Source: Macrostomum lignano
Lineage: Eukaryota
Reading direction: 5' to 3'
Assembly (NCBI GenBank): GCA_002269645.1
Contig: NIVC01000094.1
Coordinates: 1,143,304-1,207,303 of the forward strand
Length of the DNA: 64,000 nucleotides
Shown: positions 38,299 through 63,516 of the stretch, one piece after another
Numbering within the stretch: the stretch's first letter is position 1
Layout of the letters: the number at the start of each line of letters is the position of its first letter
Program-made: the position numbers and the translations under genes
Notes under the pieces: generated by a model
Seen by the model: the letters and a program-made list of their open reading frames with translations, nothing else
Told to the model about the DNA's origin: nothing
The model's database searches: none

Positions 38299-39279
38299 AC
38301 CTAAATCTTCGGCTGTAAAATAGCGCTGGTAAAAAGGCAAACAAGCAATTGCACCAGTAGCAGATTAAAGTAATACGAAAAGTACAACGCGTTATTTTTA
38401 ACTGATCATTCTGACTCCTAAATGCTCGATAAATTCAAACTTTTAAATCGCATCTTTTTTATTTATTACGAGCCAAGATGCTTTGGCAGCCAACCGCGGG
38501 CCAACTTGCCGCTGCGGCAGGAGAGAGAGAGCTGTGGAGAGAGAGGAGAGAGCGGAGACCATTAGAGAAAGCAAACTCTGCCGCAGAAATTATAATAAGA
38601 AGCCAAATTCTAGCGGCCGGCAGAAGAACGCTTGGAAGAAGACCAAAGTGGAGTCCGCAGATCGAGCCCAGCCCAGGTCAGTCGCACAAGTGCTGCTCTC
38701 GCATCCCATCATTTTTTCCTGTTGCACTTTCTTCCCATCCAGAATCATCGAGTCTTCATCATGAAATCTTGCCTCTGCTTTCTTCCCGGCAACATCATTA
38801 TCGCTACCCCGTGTGAGCAGCAGCGACCTTATATTTATAGTCCCGTCCATCATCCCGCATCGTTCCCAGCCTCCCTCAGTCCACAATGGGCCTGAAAGAA
38901 TATCGCCATTGCTGGAATGTTGCTGCAGTCTCTCTCGGTGAGAGAAGCTGCAAATTCCAATGCGGTAAATTCCAAGGCGGCTTGCAGTGTGCAGCGCAAT
39001 TACTCACCAAACAGTCTGTGGGTGGGTGAGCAGCGACTTCCTGGCCAGAAGCTGGGGCACATTTTGGGTGGAGGTGGAATGGAATTATTCAACCATTAGC
39101 ACGAACTGCTGATTAATAACTGCTTGGAAGATGATTAAGTATGCAGAAGACTCCGTGCAGAGAATCTTTGGTCGGAGTGCGCCGTGACGATCCAGTCCAA
39201 GGATTAAAGGAGTGAGAGAGAAGGCCTGGTCTGACTTAAACCCACCTTTGCTGTAGTGGCTCTGTGGCAATCTGCCTGT

Positions 39280-42200
39280 CTCACTCTGTGACACTCCAGC
39301 CTCACTCTGTGACACTCCAGCCTCACTCTGTGACACTCCAGCCTCACTCTGTGACACTCCAGCCTCACTCTGTGACACTCCAGCCTCACTCTGTGACACT
39401 CCAGCCTCACTCTGTGACACTCCAGCCTCACTCTGTGACACTCCAGCCTCACTCTGTGACACTCCAGCCTCACTCTGTGACACTCCAGCCTCACTCTGTG
39501 ACACTCCAGCCTCACTCTGTGACACTCCAGCCTCACTCTGTGACACTCCAGCCTCACTCTGTGACACTCCAGCCTCACTCTGTGACACTCCAGCCTCACT
39601 CTGTGACACTCCAGCCTCACTCTGTGACACTCCAGCCTCACTCTGTGACACTCCAGCCTCACTCTGTGATAACTCCAGCCTCACTCTGTGACACTCCAGC
39701 CTCACTATGTGATACTCCAGCCTCACTCTGTGACACTCCAGCCTCACTCTGTGATAACTCCAGCCTAACTACGTGACACTCCAGCCTCACTCTGTGATAA
39801 CTCCAGCCTCACTATGTGCACACTACAGCCTCACTCTGTGACACTCCAGCCTCACTCTGTGACACTCCAGCCTCACTCTGTGATAACTCCAGCCTCACTA
39901 CGTGACACTCCAGCCTCACTCTGTGATAACTCCAGCCTCACTATGTGACACTCCAGCCTCACTCTGTGACACTCCAGCCTCACTCTGTGACACTCCAGCC
40001 TCACTATGTGACACTACAGCCTCACTCTGTGACACTCCAGCCTCACTCTGTGACACTCCAGCCTCACTCTGTGATAACTCCAGCCTCACTACGTGACACT
40101 CCAGCCTCACTCTGTGATAACTCCAGCCTCACTATGTGACACTCCAGCCTCACTCTGTGACACTCCAGCCTCACTCTGCGATAACTCCAGCCTCACTACG
40201 TGACACTCCAGCCTCACTCTGTGATAACTCCAGCCTCACTATGTGACACTACAGCCTCACTCTGTGACACTCCAGCCTCACTCTGTGACACTCCAGCCTC
40301 ACTCTGTGATAACTCCAGCCTCACTACGTGACACTCCAGCCTCACTCTGTGATAACTCCAGCCTCACTATGTGACACTCCAGCCTCACTCTGTGACACTC
40401 CAGCCTCACTCTGCGACACTCCAGCCTCACTCTGTGACACTCCAGCCTCACTCTGTGATAACTCCAGCCTCACTATGTGACACTCCAGCCTCACTCTGTG
40501 ACACTCCAGCCTCACTCTGTGATAACTCCAGCCTCACTCTGTGACACTCCAGCCTCACTCTGTGATAACTCCAGCCTCACTATGTGACACTCCAGCCTCA
40601 CTCTGTGACACTCCAGCCTCACTCTGTGACACTCCAGCCTCACTCTGTGATAACTCCAGCCTCACTACGTGACACTCCAGCCTCACTCTGTGATAACTCC
40701 AGCCTCACTATGTGACACTCCAGCCTCACTCTGTGACACTCCAGCCTCACTCTGTGATAACTCCAGCCTCACTATGTGACACTCCAGCCTCACTCTGTGA
40801 CACTCCAGCCTCACTCTGTGACACTCCAGCCTCACTCTGTGACACTCCAGCCTCACTCTGTGACACTCCAGCCTCACTCTGTGACACTCCAGCCTCACTC
40901 TGTGACACTCCAGCCTCACTCTGTGACACTCCAGCCTCACTCTGTGACACTCCAGCCTCACTCTGTGACACTCCAGCCTCACTATGTGACACTCCAGCCT
41001 CACTCTGTGACACTCCAGCCTCACTCTGTGACACTCCAGCCTCACTCTGTGACACTCCAGCCTCACTCTGTGATAACTCCAGCCTCACTACGTGACACTC
41101 CAGCCTCACTCTGTGATAACTCCAGCCTCACTATGTGACACTCCAGCCTCACTCTGTGACACTCCAGCCTCACTCTGTGATAACTCCAGCCTCACTATGT
41201 GACACTCCAGCCTCACTCTGTGACACTCCAGCCTCACTCTGTGACACTCCAGCCTCACTCTGTGACACTCCAGCCTCACTCTGTGACACTCCAGCCTCAC
41301 TCTGTGACACTCCAGCCTCACTCTGTGACACTCCAGCCTCACTCTGTGATAACTCCAGCCTCACTATGTGACACTCCAGCCTCACTCTGTGACACTCCAG
41401 CCTCACTCTGTGATAACTCCAGCCTCACTATGTGACACTCCAGCCTCACTCTGTGACACTCCAGCCTCACTCTGTGACACTCCAGCCTCACTCTGTGACA
41501 CTCCAGCCTCACTCTGTGACACTCCAGCCTCACTCTGTGACACTCCAGCCTCACTCTGTGACACTCCAGCCTCACTCTGTGACACTCCAGCCTCACTCTG
41601 TGACACTCCAGCCTCACTCTGTGACACTCCAGCCTCACTATGTGACACTCCAGCCTCACTCTGTGACACTCCAGCCTCACTCTGTGACACTCCAGCCTCA
41701 CTCTGTGACACTCCAGCCTCACTCTGTGATAACTCCAGCCTCACTACGTGACACTCCAGCCTCACTCTGTGATAACTCCAGCCTCACTATGTGACACTCC
41801 AGCCTCACTCTGTGACACTCCAGCCTCACTCTGTGATAACTCCAGCCTCACTATGTGACACTCCAGCCTCACTCTGTGACACTCCAGCCTCACTCTGTGA
41901 CACTCCAGCCTCACTCTGTGACACTCCAGCCTCACTCTGTGACACTCCAGCCTCACTCTGTGACACTCCAGCCTCACTCTGTGACACTCCAGCCTCACTC
42001 TGTGACACTCCAGCCTCACTCTGTGACACTCCAGCCTCACTCTGTGACACTCCAGCCTCACTATGTGACACACTAGCCTCACTCTGTGACACTCCAGCCT
42101 CACTCTGTGACACTCCAGCCTCACTCTGTGACACTCCAGCCTCACTCTGTGACACTCCAGCCTCACTCTGTGACACTCCAGCCTCACTCTGTGACACTCC

Positions 42201-42885
42201 AGCCTCACTCTGTGACACTCCAGCCTCACTCTGTGACACTCCAGCCTCACTATGTGACACTCCAGCCTCACTCTGTGACACTCCAGCCTCACTCTGTGAC
42301 ACTCCAGCCTCACTCTGTGACACTCCAGCCTCACTCTGTGATAACTCCAGCCTCACTACGTGACACTCCAGCCTCACTCTGTGATAACTCCAGCCTCACT
42401 ATGTGACACTCCAGCCTCACTCTGTGACACTCCAGCCTCACTCTGTGATAACTCCAGCCTCACTATGTGACACTCCAGCCTCACTCTGTGACACTCCAGC
42501 CTCACTCTGTGACACTCCAGCCTCACTCTGTGACACTCCAGCCTCACTCTGTGACACTCCAGCCTCACTCTGTGACACTCCAGCCTCACTCTGTGACACT
42601 CCAGCCTCACTCTGTGACACTCCAGCCTCACTCTGTGACACTCCAGCCTCACTCTGTGACACTCCAGCCTCACTATGTGACACACTAGCCTCACTCTGTG
42701 ACACTCCAGCCTCACTCTGTGACACTCCAGCCTCACTCTGTGACACTCCAGCCTCACTATGTGACACTCCAGCCTCACTATGTGACACTCCAGCCTCACT
42801 CTGTGACACTCCAGCCTCACTATGTGACACTCCAGCCTCACTATGTGACACTCCAGCCTCACTCTGTGACACTCCAGCCTCACTC
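39280..42885. repeat. 21-bp minisatellite (CACTCTGTGACACTCCAGCCT), about 170 copies with 22-bp variants and higher-order duplications
   Basis: Direct inspection; ORF track shows identical blocks offset by 656 bp (40683/41339) and a similar block offset by 612 bp (41762/42374). Confidence 0.97.
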
Positions 42886-43501
42886 GCTTTCCTTCTGTTT
42901 ATTTCCCAAAACCGTCACTCCGGTCTTTCATTCCCCAGCAGACCCAGCACTACCAGGACTGAGTGGCTGCATTGGGATGCAAGACGCATTTCTCTCTATC
43001 AAGACAGCTTTCCATTCACGCTGCGATTCCCCAATGTGAACTCCCACTGAGTTATAAATACCCCACCGACTGGGAGAGTGAGTGAGAATCTGTCTCGGCT
43101 AAGCTAATAAATCACTAATCCGGCTAAGATCCAATGAATGCGGAAAGATGATTTTTATCGCTTCATATAAGTCGCCTTGCACATGGTGAACTTTGTTGCC
43201 AGCTTTACTGAAACTCCTGAGCAAAGAGATATTACTTTACTAAGAATTATTTGAATACAACAATTTGGTACTGTTACTAAATACTGTGCCGTGTAAACTG
43301 GTCACAGGGACGAGACACATGTGGCTGCTCTGACCAACAGGTCTCGCGGCTTGAGCCTGAGACTAGGAAAGTTGCGTTGGCCTCAGTTACTGTGGCCCAG
43401 ATAAGACCCGCAAATGGCATAGGAGATAAAAACTACGCGACTGGAACTGCTGAGCTGGCCCCGGGCCGCTGCACCGAGAGAGCTCACTGCTCAACACAGG
43501 C

Positions 43502-56348
<12,847 letters not shown>

Positions 56349-56370
56349 TGCATTCTACAACACTGACCTA

Positions 56371-56685
56371 GTTTCCATAGCAACAAGAAAATTACCTTGG
56401 ATACTGTACTTACAGTGTACTTGTGTTTTGACATGGAAATTATTATATTGGCATAGAAACGACAGATTTCTCTTGTGAACGACCTTGACTCACTTGTAAC
56501 TATAGTTGCATAGCAACGTCAGACTTGTCTTAAATACGACCTTGACCTAGCTACAGTTGCATAGCAACGCCACACTCAATCCCCTTGGATACGACCTTGG
56601 CCTAGCTATAGTTGCATAGCAACGCCACACTCACTCCCCTTGGATACGACCTTGACCTAGCTATAGTTGCATAGCAACGTCAGAC
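56371..56685. promoter_or_regulatory. Cluster of five RFX X-box-like palindromes, four inside a 51-55-bp tandem repeat
   Basis: GTTTCCATAGCAAC at 56371-56384; GTTGCATAGCAAC at 56505, 56556, 56611 and 56666. Confidence 0.5.
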
Positions 56686-57770
56686 TTCGGCTTGGCTACC
56701 AACTTGGCCTATAGAAAAACTGTTTAACAATGCAACGACCATTCTACGATATGCAATATGCAAAATCGTACGTTGATAAACGACTGAATTATTTAGTAGC
56801 AAATCAATGTTTTGTGCTGCACATTTGCAATTGTCTCCACAGCCCTGCAGATTCCAATTCGAAATCAAATCCAATTCCAAAATTAAATTTGCTTTGACCA
56901 GAAACACATCTAAATTAGCTAAACAGTTCGCTTCACTTGGCTCCCCCAATTCTGGGGACTCGAATAATCCCAAGCAGAAACCGCAAATCCGGACAGCTTC
57001 ATCAGGCTCGGAGACTGCCTGTCTGAATCCTTCATCACTTGAGAAGGCGAGAGGCGCTACTAAAAAAGGCTCACTATAAAGTAGCGGCCGCCCAGCACAC
57101 GGAGAGATTATCGATTTATTCCAATTGCAGCTCCCATGGAATAAAAGAGCCGCAGAGAGCCAGCAGTAGGATGGGAGTGAAGGACAGCCATGAAGGCGAG
57201 TTTCAAGCGTCTAAAAAAAGTCCTGAAGGATCTCCTCTGCAGCCGCAACCGGGTCAGCTCATGCATAATTCACCTTGGCCCAAGGTCCGGCTGATCGCAT
57301 CGCACTCTCATTTTGTATATTGCATATCGGACTGCAGCCGCTCAGCATAATGAATACCTGCAACCTGCACTTGCTGGGACAGGCATGGGGCGCGCGCTTA
57401 ATTATAAGGCCGAGACGGGGCCGCCTTCCCAGGCTGCAATCACGAGCTGCAGCCGCCCGAATCGCCGCGTCTAAACTGCAGCCTTTCATTGCTACCTGCA
57501 TCTCGCTGCCTCACCTTGAAACTTTTTTTATTCTGAGTCACATTCTTAATCCAAGCTGACCTTCATTCATTCTTATAGTTACTCTCCGCCTTTCTCACTT
57601 AATCCTTCTCTGACTTCCTTTCTGTTTAATAACTGCTTCTTCCCCTTTATTTTCTAACAGTTCCGCATTATTTTACATTCACTTCAGCTTCACTTCCCTC
57701 TTCTTTCATTTCACGTCCCTCTACTTCCATTTCACTTCCATTTCACTTCCATCTACTTCCATTTCACTTC

Positions 57771-58049
57771 TGTGGTGACTTGGCTGGGTTGATTTTTGTT
57801 AGTGATGTTAGCTTGTACTTTATTCAGTGTTTGGGGGTGGTGTTTTTACCTGTTTCGCTCTGTGCGCCTTTCTACAATATCTTGATGTACTCTCTTACTC
57901 ATGTACGTTCTTCAATCTGGCTACTTTTGTTCTCCACCCCTAAGCCTTATCCACTAAACGTATCGTGCTCAATACTTACAATAAAAATCGCAGTGGCTTG
58001 CCTCGTATCAAGCTTATATCGTTCTACAATCTAAAGTGAAGTCTTTACA
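57771..58049 (+). repeat. 5' LTR (279 bp)
   Basis: TGTGGTGAC...TCTTTACA; AATAAA at 57980. Confidence 0.96.
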
Positions 58050-58050
58050 C

Positions 58051-58068
58051 TGGCGACGAGGATGGGAT
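58051..58068 (+). promoter_or_regulatory. Primer-binding site TGGCGACGAGGATGGGAT, complementary to the tRNA-Ser(GCT) 3' end
   Basis: 1 nt after the LTR; reverse complement of ...AUCCCAUCCUCGUCGCCA, the metazoan tRNA-Ser(GCU) 3' end as recalled. Confidence 0.8.
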
Positions 58069-58083
58069 GCATGTGATGGCTGA

Positions 58084-61000
58084 GCCGAGGACCAAGATTC
58101 CCCGATTGAGACGACTGTCATCATCGAGGAGACGCCTGTTCGAATGGAGATTGACACTGGTGCATCCGTCTCGCTCATCTCATCGGATACTTTTCGCTCT
58201 GAGCTCCGTGGGCTGCCCAAGCTGGAGCCGGCCAACGCACAGCTACGTACGTATTCAGGGGAGCCGGTTCCTCTACTCGGCAAAATCAACGTCTGCGTGC
58301 GTATCGGAGAGATCTCCAAGGAGCTACCGCTACTCGTCGTCAAGGGCTCCGGATCGAATCTGATCGGCCGGGACTGGCTGGCCGGCTTGCCGCTTGACTG
58401 GAGAAGCATCAACCAGGTGCAAAAAGACGGTGAGCACCCCAGAATCCGAGCCTTGCTGGAAAAGTATGCAGCTGTTTTCGAGCCCGGATTGGGTCAGTAC
58501 AACGGTCCACCTGTGCAACTGCATTTGAAGCCTGATGCCCGGCCTCGCTTTTTCAAAGCTCGCAACGTTCCGTTTGCGCTCAAGGCTAAGGTGGAGGCTC
58601 AACTTGAAAAGGAGATTGAGCAGGGCGTGCTCAAGCCAGTCAGCAGCTCAGATTATGCATCGCCGATTGTTCCCGTTCTGAAATCAGACGGCACCGTGCG
58701 CATCTGTGCCGACTTTAAGCAGACCGTCAACCTCGCCGTGGAGCCGGACAAGTACCCCTTGCCGCGAATCGAGGAACTTTTTGCAAAGCTGGCAGGCGGG
58801 AAAAAGTTCACTAAGCTCGACTTGTCGCAGGCTTACTCCCAGATGCCACTCGATGAAGCTGCCCAGCAGATCTGCACTATAAACACTTCCAAAGGCCTGC
58901 TTCGCTATACCCGCCTCCCGTTTGGTGTCGCTCCGGCCGTTGGAATTTTCCAGCGCCACATGGACAGCCTGCTGCAGACCATTCCCCATGTGGCCTGCTT
59001 CATCGATGACCTGATTATCACCGGGGTTGACGACGAGAGCCATTTGCAATCGCTGGAACAGGTGCTGCAACGGCTGCACCAAAGTGGACTGCGCTGCGGC
59101 CTGAGCAAGTGTAACTTCATGCAGGACAGCGTCTGCTATCTGGGTCATCGGATCGATGCCGCTGGCCTGCATCCCCTGCAAGACAAAGTGCGTGCCATCG
59201 TGGACGCTCCGGCACCGCAGGACGTGACCCAGCTACGCAGCTTCCTCGGAATGGTCAACTATTACAGCAAGTTCCTGCCGAACCTGTCAGCCGAGTTGGC
59301 CCCGCTGCACCGCTTGCTAAACCAAGGCGCCAACTGGTGCTGGGGCGCTTCGCAGGATGCCGCCTTTAAGAAGTGCAAGGCGCTGCTCGCCAAAGCGCCG
59401 GTCCTCGCGCATTTCGACGACACAAAGCCGTTGGTGCTGGAGTGCGATGCCTCTCCGTACGGCATCGGCGCCGTCATCAGTCATCGGGTTGACGGTTGCG
59501 ATCGACCGATCGCTTTCGCTTCGCGTTCCCTGCACGATGCCGAGGCGAAGTACTCGCAACTGGACAAAGAAGCTCTGGCGATCGTTTTCGGGGTAAAAAG
59601 ATCTCACTCTTACCTTTACGGCCGGAAATTCACCCTCGTCAGCGACCACAAGCCGTTGCTAGGACTCCTGCATGAGTCTAAGCCAATTCCCGCCATGGCG
59701 TCCGGAAGGATTCAGAGGTGGGCGCTCATCCTGGCGGGCTACAGCTACTCGATGGAACACCGATCTGGCAAATCACTACTGCGTGCAGACGCACTGAGCC
59801 GACTGCCACTGCCGGAAAGACCGACGAAGGCCCCGACACCTGCGGACGTTGTCCTGGTCATGGACATGCTGGGCGAAGGGCCAGTGACCGCCGGCGACAT
59901 TCGAGCCTGGACCCGAACTGACCCGATCCTGTCAAAGGCACTGCGCTTCACGGAGGTCGGCAACTGGCCTGAGCGGACCGTGCCGGAGTTGCAGCCGTAC
60001 AGATCCAGGGCCGACCAGCTGAGTACTCAAGACGGCTGCCTTCTCTGGGGAACTCGAGTCATCGTTCCAGAGGCAGGCCGGACAGCCCTTCTCCATTGTT
60101 TGCACCAAGGACACCAGGGCGCATCTAGAATGAAGGCGCTGGCCCGCAGCTTCTTCTGGTGGCCAAAGCTGGACGAGGCAATTGAGCAGCTCGCCGGCGC
60201 TTGTTCGGACTGCCAGGAGCTGCAGAAGTCACCGGGGCCTGCGCCGCTGCATCCCTGGGCCTGGCCTGACAGGCCGTGGTCGCGCCTTCATCTGGATTTT
60301 GCGGGTCCGATCGAAGGGAAAATGCTGCTGGTGATTGTCGACGCCCATTCCAAGTGGATGGAGGTACATGTGTTGGCGTCAGCAACTTCCACGGCAACCA
60401 TCCAGCGGCTGCGGCAGAGCTTCGCTACACATGGGCTGCCGGACATCATCGTGACGGACAATGGGCGCAACCTGGTCAGCGATGAAATGGCAGATTTTCT
60501 GCAGCGGAACGGCATCCGGCACGTACGAACTGCCCCGTACCACCCGGCGTCAAATGGCCAAGCGGAGCGCGCTGTCCAGACCCTGAAGAAGTCACTCGCT
60601 AAGCAAAAGACGGCTCACTAGAAGATCGAGTGGCGCGCTTCCTGCTTACCTACCGTGTGACGCCCCATGCGACGACCGGCGCGCCACCTTGCAAATTGCT
60701 GATGGGGAGGCGGCTGCACACACTGCTCGATCGAGTTCGGCCTGACCTACAGGCCAGGGTGGCGCTCCAACAAGCAATGCAGAAGCAACAACACGACGCC
60801 CATGCCCATGACCGCCGCATCGAGATGGGCGACGCAGTCGTCGCGAGGGACTTCGCTGCTGACGGCAGGTGGAAGCCTGCTGTTGTGACCAACTGCTCTG
60901 GGGCTGCGTCTTTCTCTTGCCAGTTCGACGATGGTCGAGAAGTCCGTCGGCACATCGATCAAGTGCGCAAGCCGCCGGAGCCTCCGGCGCCTTCCGAAGC

Positions 61001-61148
61001 CGAGCAACCGCCATGTGTCGAGGTGCCTGACGATCAACCAGAGGCTCCTGCAGAGACGCCTGGCCAGGCACCAGAGTTGAGCTCTGAGGCGCTACTTCGA
61101 CGTTCGACCAGGGCGAGAGCCGAACCTGACCGGCTGCGCTACGAGTGA
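58084..61148 (+). CDS. pol: Gypsy pol polyprotein (protease, RT, RNase H, integrase) with a -1 frameshift near 60612
   Basis: Protease MEIDTGASVSLI / NLIGRDWL; RT YPLPRIEELF, KLDLSQAY, RLPFG, FIDD; RNase H CDASPYGIGAV, YSQLDKEALAIVFG, DHKPL; integrase HQGH...CSDC, LHLDFAGP, VTDNG, ERAVQTLK; after the shift GSLEDRVARFLLTYRVTPHATTG...RRSTRARAEPDRL. Confidence 0.93.
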
Positions 61149-61234
61149 CTCTGAACTGTTCTTCTATGGACTGTGAACTGATTTGCGTCTTTTATTCCCG
61201 TTTTAATCCAACGCTTAATCTTCGTGGGGAGGAG

Positions 61235-61512
61235 TGTGGTGACTTGGCTGGGTTGATTTTTGTTAGTGATGTTAGCTTGTACTTTATTCAGTGTTTGGGG
61301 GTGGTGTTTTACCTGTTTCGCTCTGTGCGCCTTTCTACAATATCTTGATGTACTCTCTTACTCATGTACGTTCTTCAATCTGGCTACTTTTGTTCTCCAC
61401 CCCTAAGCCTTATCCACTAAACGTATCGTGCTCAATACTTACAATAAAAATCGCAGTGGCTTGCCTCGTATCAAGCTTATATCGTTCTACAATCTAAAGT
61501 GAAGTCTTTACA
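61235..61512 (+). repeat. 3' LTR (278 bp)
   Basis: Matches the 5' LTR. Confidence 0.96.
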
Positions 61513-62325
61513 ACTTCCATCTACTTCCATTTCACTTCCATCTACTTCCATTTCAATTCCATCTACTTCCATTTCACTTCCATCTACTTCCATTTCACTT
61601 CCATCTACTTCCATTTCACGTCCCTCTACTTCCATTTCACGTCCTTTTCTTCCACTTCACTTCCATCTACTTCCTTTCACGTCCTTTTCTTCCACTTCAC
61701 TTCCATCTACTTCCATTTCACGTCCTTCTTCTTCCACTTCACTTCCATCTACTTCGCTTTACGTCCATCTACTTCCATTTCACGTCCCTCTACTTCCATT
61801 TCACTTCCATCTACTTCGCCTTCACTTCCATTTCACGTCCCTCTACTTCCACTTCACTTCCATCTACTTCCGCTTTACGTCCATCTACTTCCATTTCACG
61901 TCCCTCTACTTCCATTTCACTTCCATCTACTTCGCTTCACTTCCATCTACTTCCGCTTTACGTCCATCTACTTCCATTTCACGTCCCTCTACTTCCATTT
62001 CACTTCCATCTACTTCGCTTCACTTCCATCTACTTCCGCTTTACGTCCATCTACTTCCATTTCACGTCCCTCTACTTCCATTTCACTTCCATCTACTTCG
62101 CTTCACTTCCATTTCACGTCCCTCTACTTCCACTTCACTTCCATCTACTTCCGCTTTACGTCCATCTACTTCCATTTCACGTCCCTCTACTTCCATTTCA
62201 CTTCCATCTACTTCGCTTCACTTCCATCTACTTCCGCTTTACGTCCATCTACTTCCATTTCACGTCCATCTACTTCCATTTCACTTCCATCTACTTCCAT
62301 TTCACGTCCCTCTACTTCCGCTCTC
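61513..62325. repeat. Pyrimidine-rich composite minisatellite (CTTCCATTTCA / CTTCCATCTA); left remainder at about 57690-57770, split by the LTR element
   Basis: Same units on both sides of the element. Confidence 0.92.
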
Positions 62326-62594
62326 TTCCCAGCTCGTATTAATGACCCCAGCACCTTTGGTTGAGCTGTGCCTAATCTAAATAAAAATCTAAACGATATT
62401 CAAATCTGATCGCGGCATTTTCGAAAGGACCTTCAAGTAAACTGAAAAAAAGGAATTTTTTACGAGTTTTAAGACAGCGGCGGGCCGAATGCTTCTAGAA
62501 ATGCTCAGTTAAAAAGCAAAGCAAAACGCTTCGTTTATTTTTTGCATGCAAAATTTTACACTGAAGCAAGTTTTACAGCTGAAGGCGATGGAAG

Positions 62595-63490
62595 TTTGGG
62601 AGCTGCGAAGGATCAGGAGATGGAAGGGGAGCTGAAGGATCAGGAGATGGAAGGTTGGGGGAGCTGAAGGATCAGGAGATGGAAGGTTGGGGGAGCTGAA
62701 GGATCAGGAGATGGAAGGTTGGGGGAGCTGAAGGATCAGGAGATGGAAGGTTGGGGAGCTGAAGGATCAGGAGATGGAAGGTTGGGGGAGCTGAAGGATC
62801 AGGAGATGGAAGGTTGGGGGAGCTGAAGGATCAGGAGATGGAAGGTTGGGGGAGCTGAAGGATCAGGAGATGGAAGGTTGGGGGAGCTGAAGGATCAGGA
62901 GATGGAAGGTTGGGGGAGCTGAAGGATCAGGAGATGGAAGGTTGGGGAGCTGAAGGATCAGGAGATGGAAGGTTGGGGGAGCTGAAGGATCAGGAGATGG
63001 AAGGTTGGGGAGCTGAAGGATCAGGAGATGGAAGGTTGGGGAGCTGAAGGATCAGGAGATGGAAGGATGGGGAGCTGAAGGATTGGGGAGCTGAAGGATT
63101 GGGGAGCTGAAGGATTGGGAGCTGAAGGATTGGGGGGAGCCGAAGGATTGGGGAGCTGAAGGATTGGGGGGAGCTGAAGGATTGGGGAGCTGAAGGATTG
63201 GGGAGCTGAAGGATGGGGGAGCTGAAGGATTGGGGAGCTGAAGGATCAGGGGGAGCTGAAGGATCAGGGGGAGCTGAAGGATCAGGGGGAGCTGAAGGAT
63301 CAGGGGGAGCTGAAGGATCTGGGGGAGCTGAAGGATCTGGGGGAGCTGAAGGATCTGGGGGAGCTGAAGGATCAGGGGGAGCTGAAGGATCAGGGGGAGC
63401 TGAAGGATCAGGGGGAGCTGAAGGATTGTGGAGCTGAAGGATTGGGGAGCTGAAGGATCAGGGGGAGCTGAAGGATCAGGGGGAGCTGAG
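62595..63490. repeat. G-rich about 32-bp minisatellite (GGGAGCTGAAGGATCAGGAGATGGAAGGTTGG) collapsing to a 17-18-bp unit
   Basis: Direct inspection. Confidence 0.93.
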
Positions 63491-63516
63491 GGAACAAGGG
63501 GAGCAACAGTTCGAGT

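Larger units (their letters stand above)
57771..61512 (+). mobile_element. Ty3/gypsy (Mag-like) LTR retrotransposon, 3,742 bp, gag-less, very recent insertion
   Basis: LTRs 57771-58049 and 61235-61512 (TG...CA, identical except for one T in a homopolymer); PBS at 58051-58068; PPT GGGGAGGAG at 61226-61234; flanking ACTTC duplication; pol order PR-RT-RH-IN. Confidence 0.96.

Noticed and set aside
39085-43050. Many overlapping ORFs (VTLQPHS, LECHRVR, SQSEAGV)n
   Set aside because: Stop-free 21-bp unit is open in all frames
60595-60630. Programmed ribosomal frameshift or stop read-through in integrase
   Set aside because: It falls inside the integrase, has no slippery heptamer, and one extra G in ACGG restores KTGSLEDRVARFL; a simple indel is more likely
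61499-62380. Ser/Thr-rich mucin-like ORF after the 3' LTR
   Set aside because: Translation of the pyrimidine-rich minisatellite
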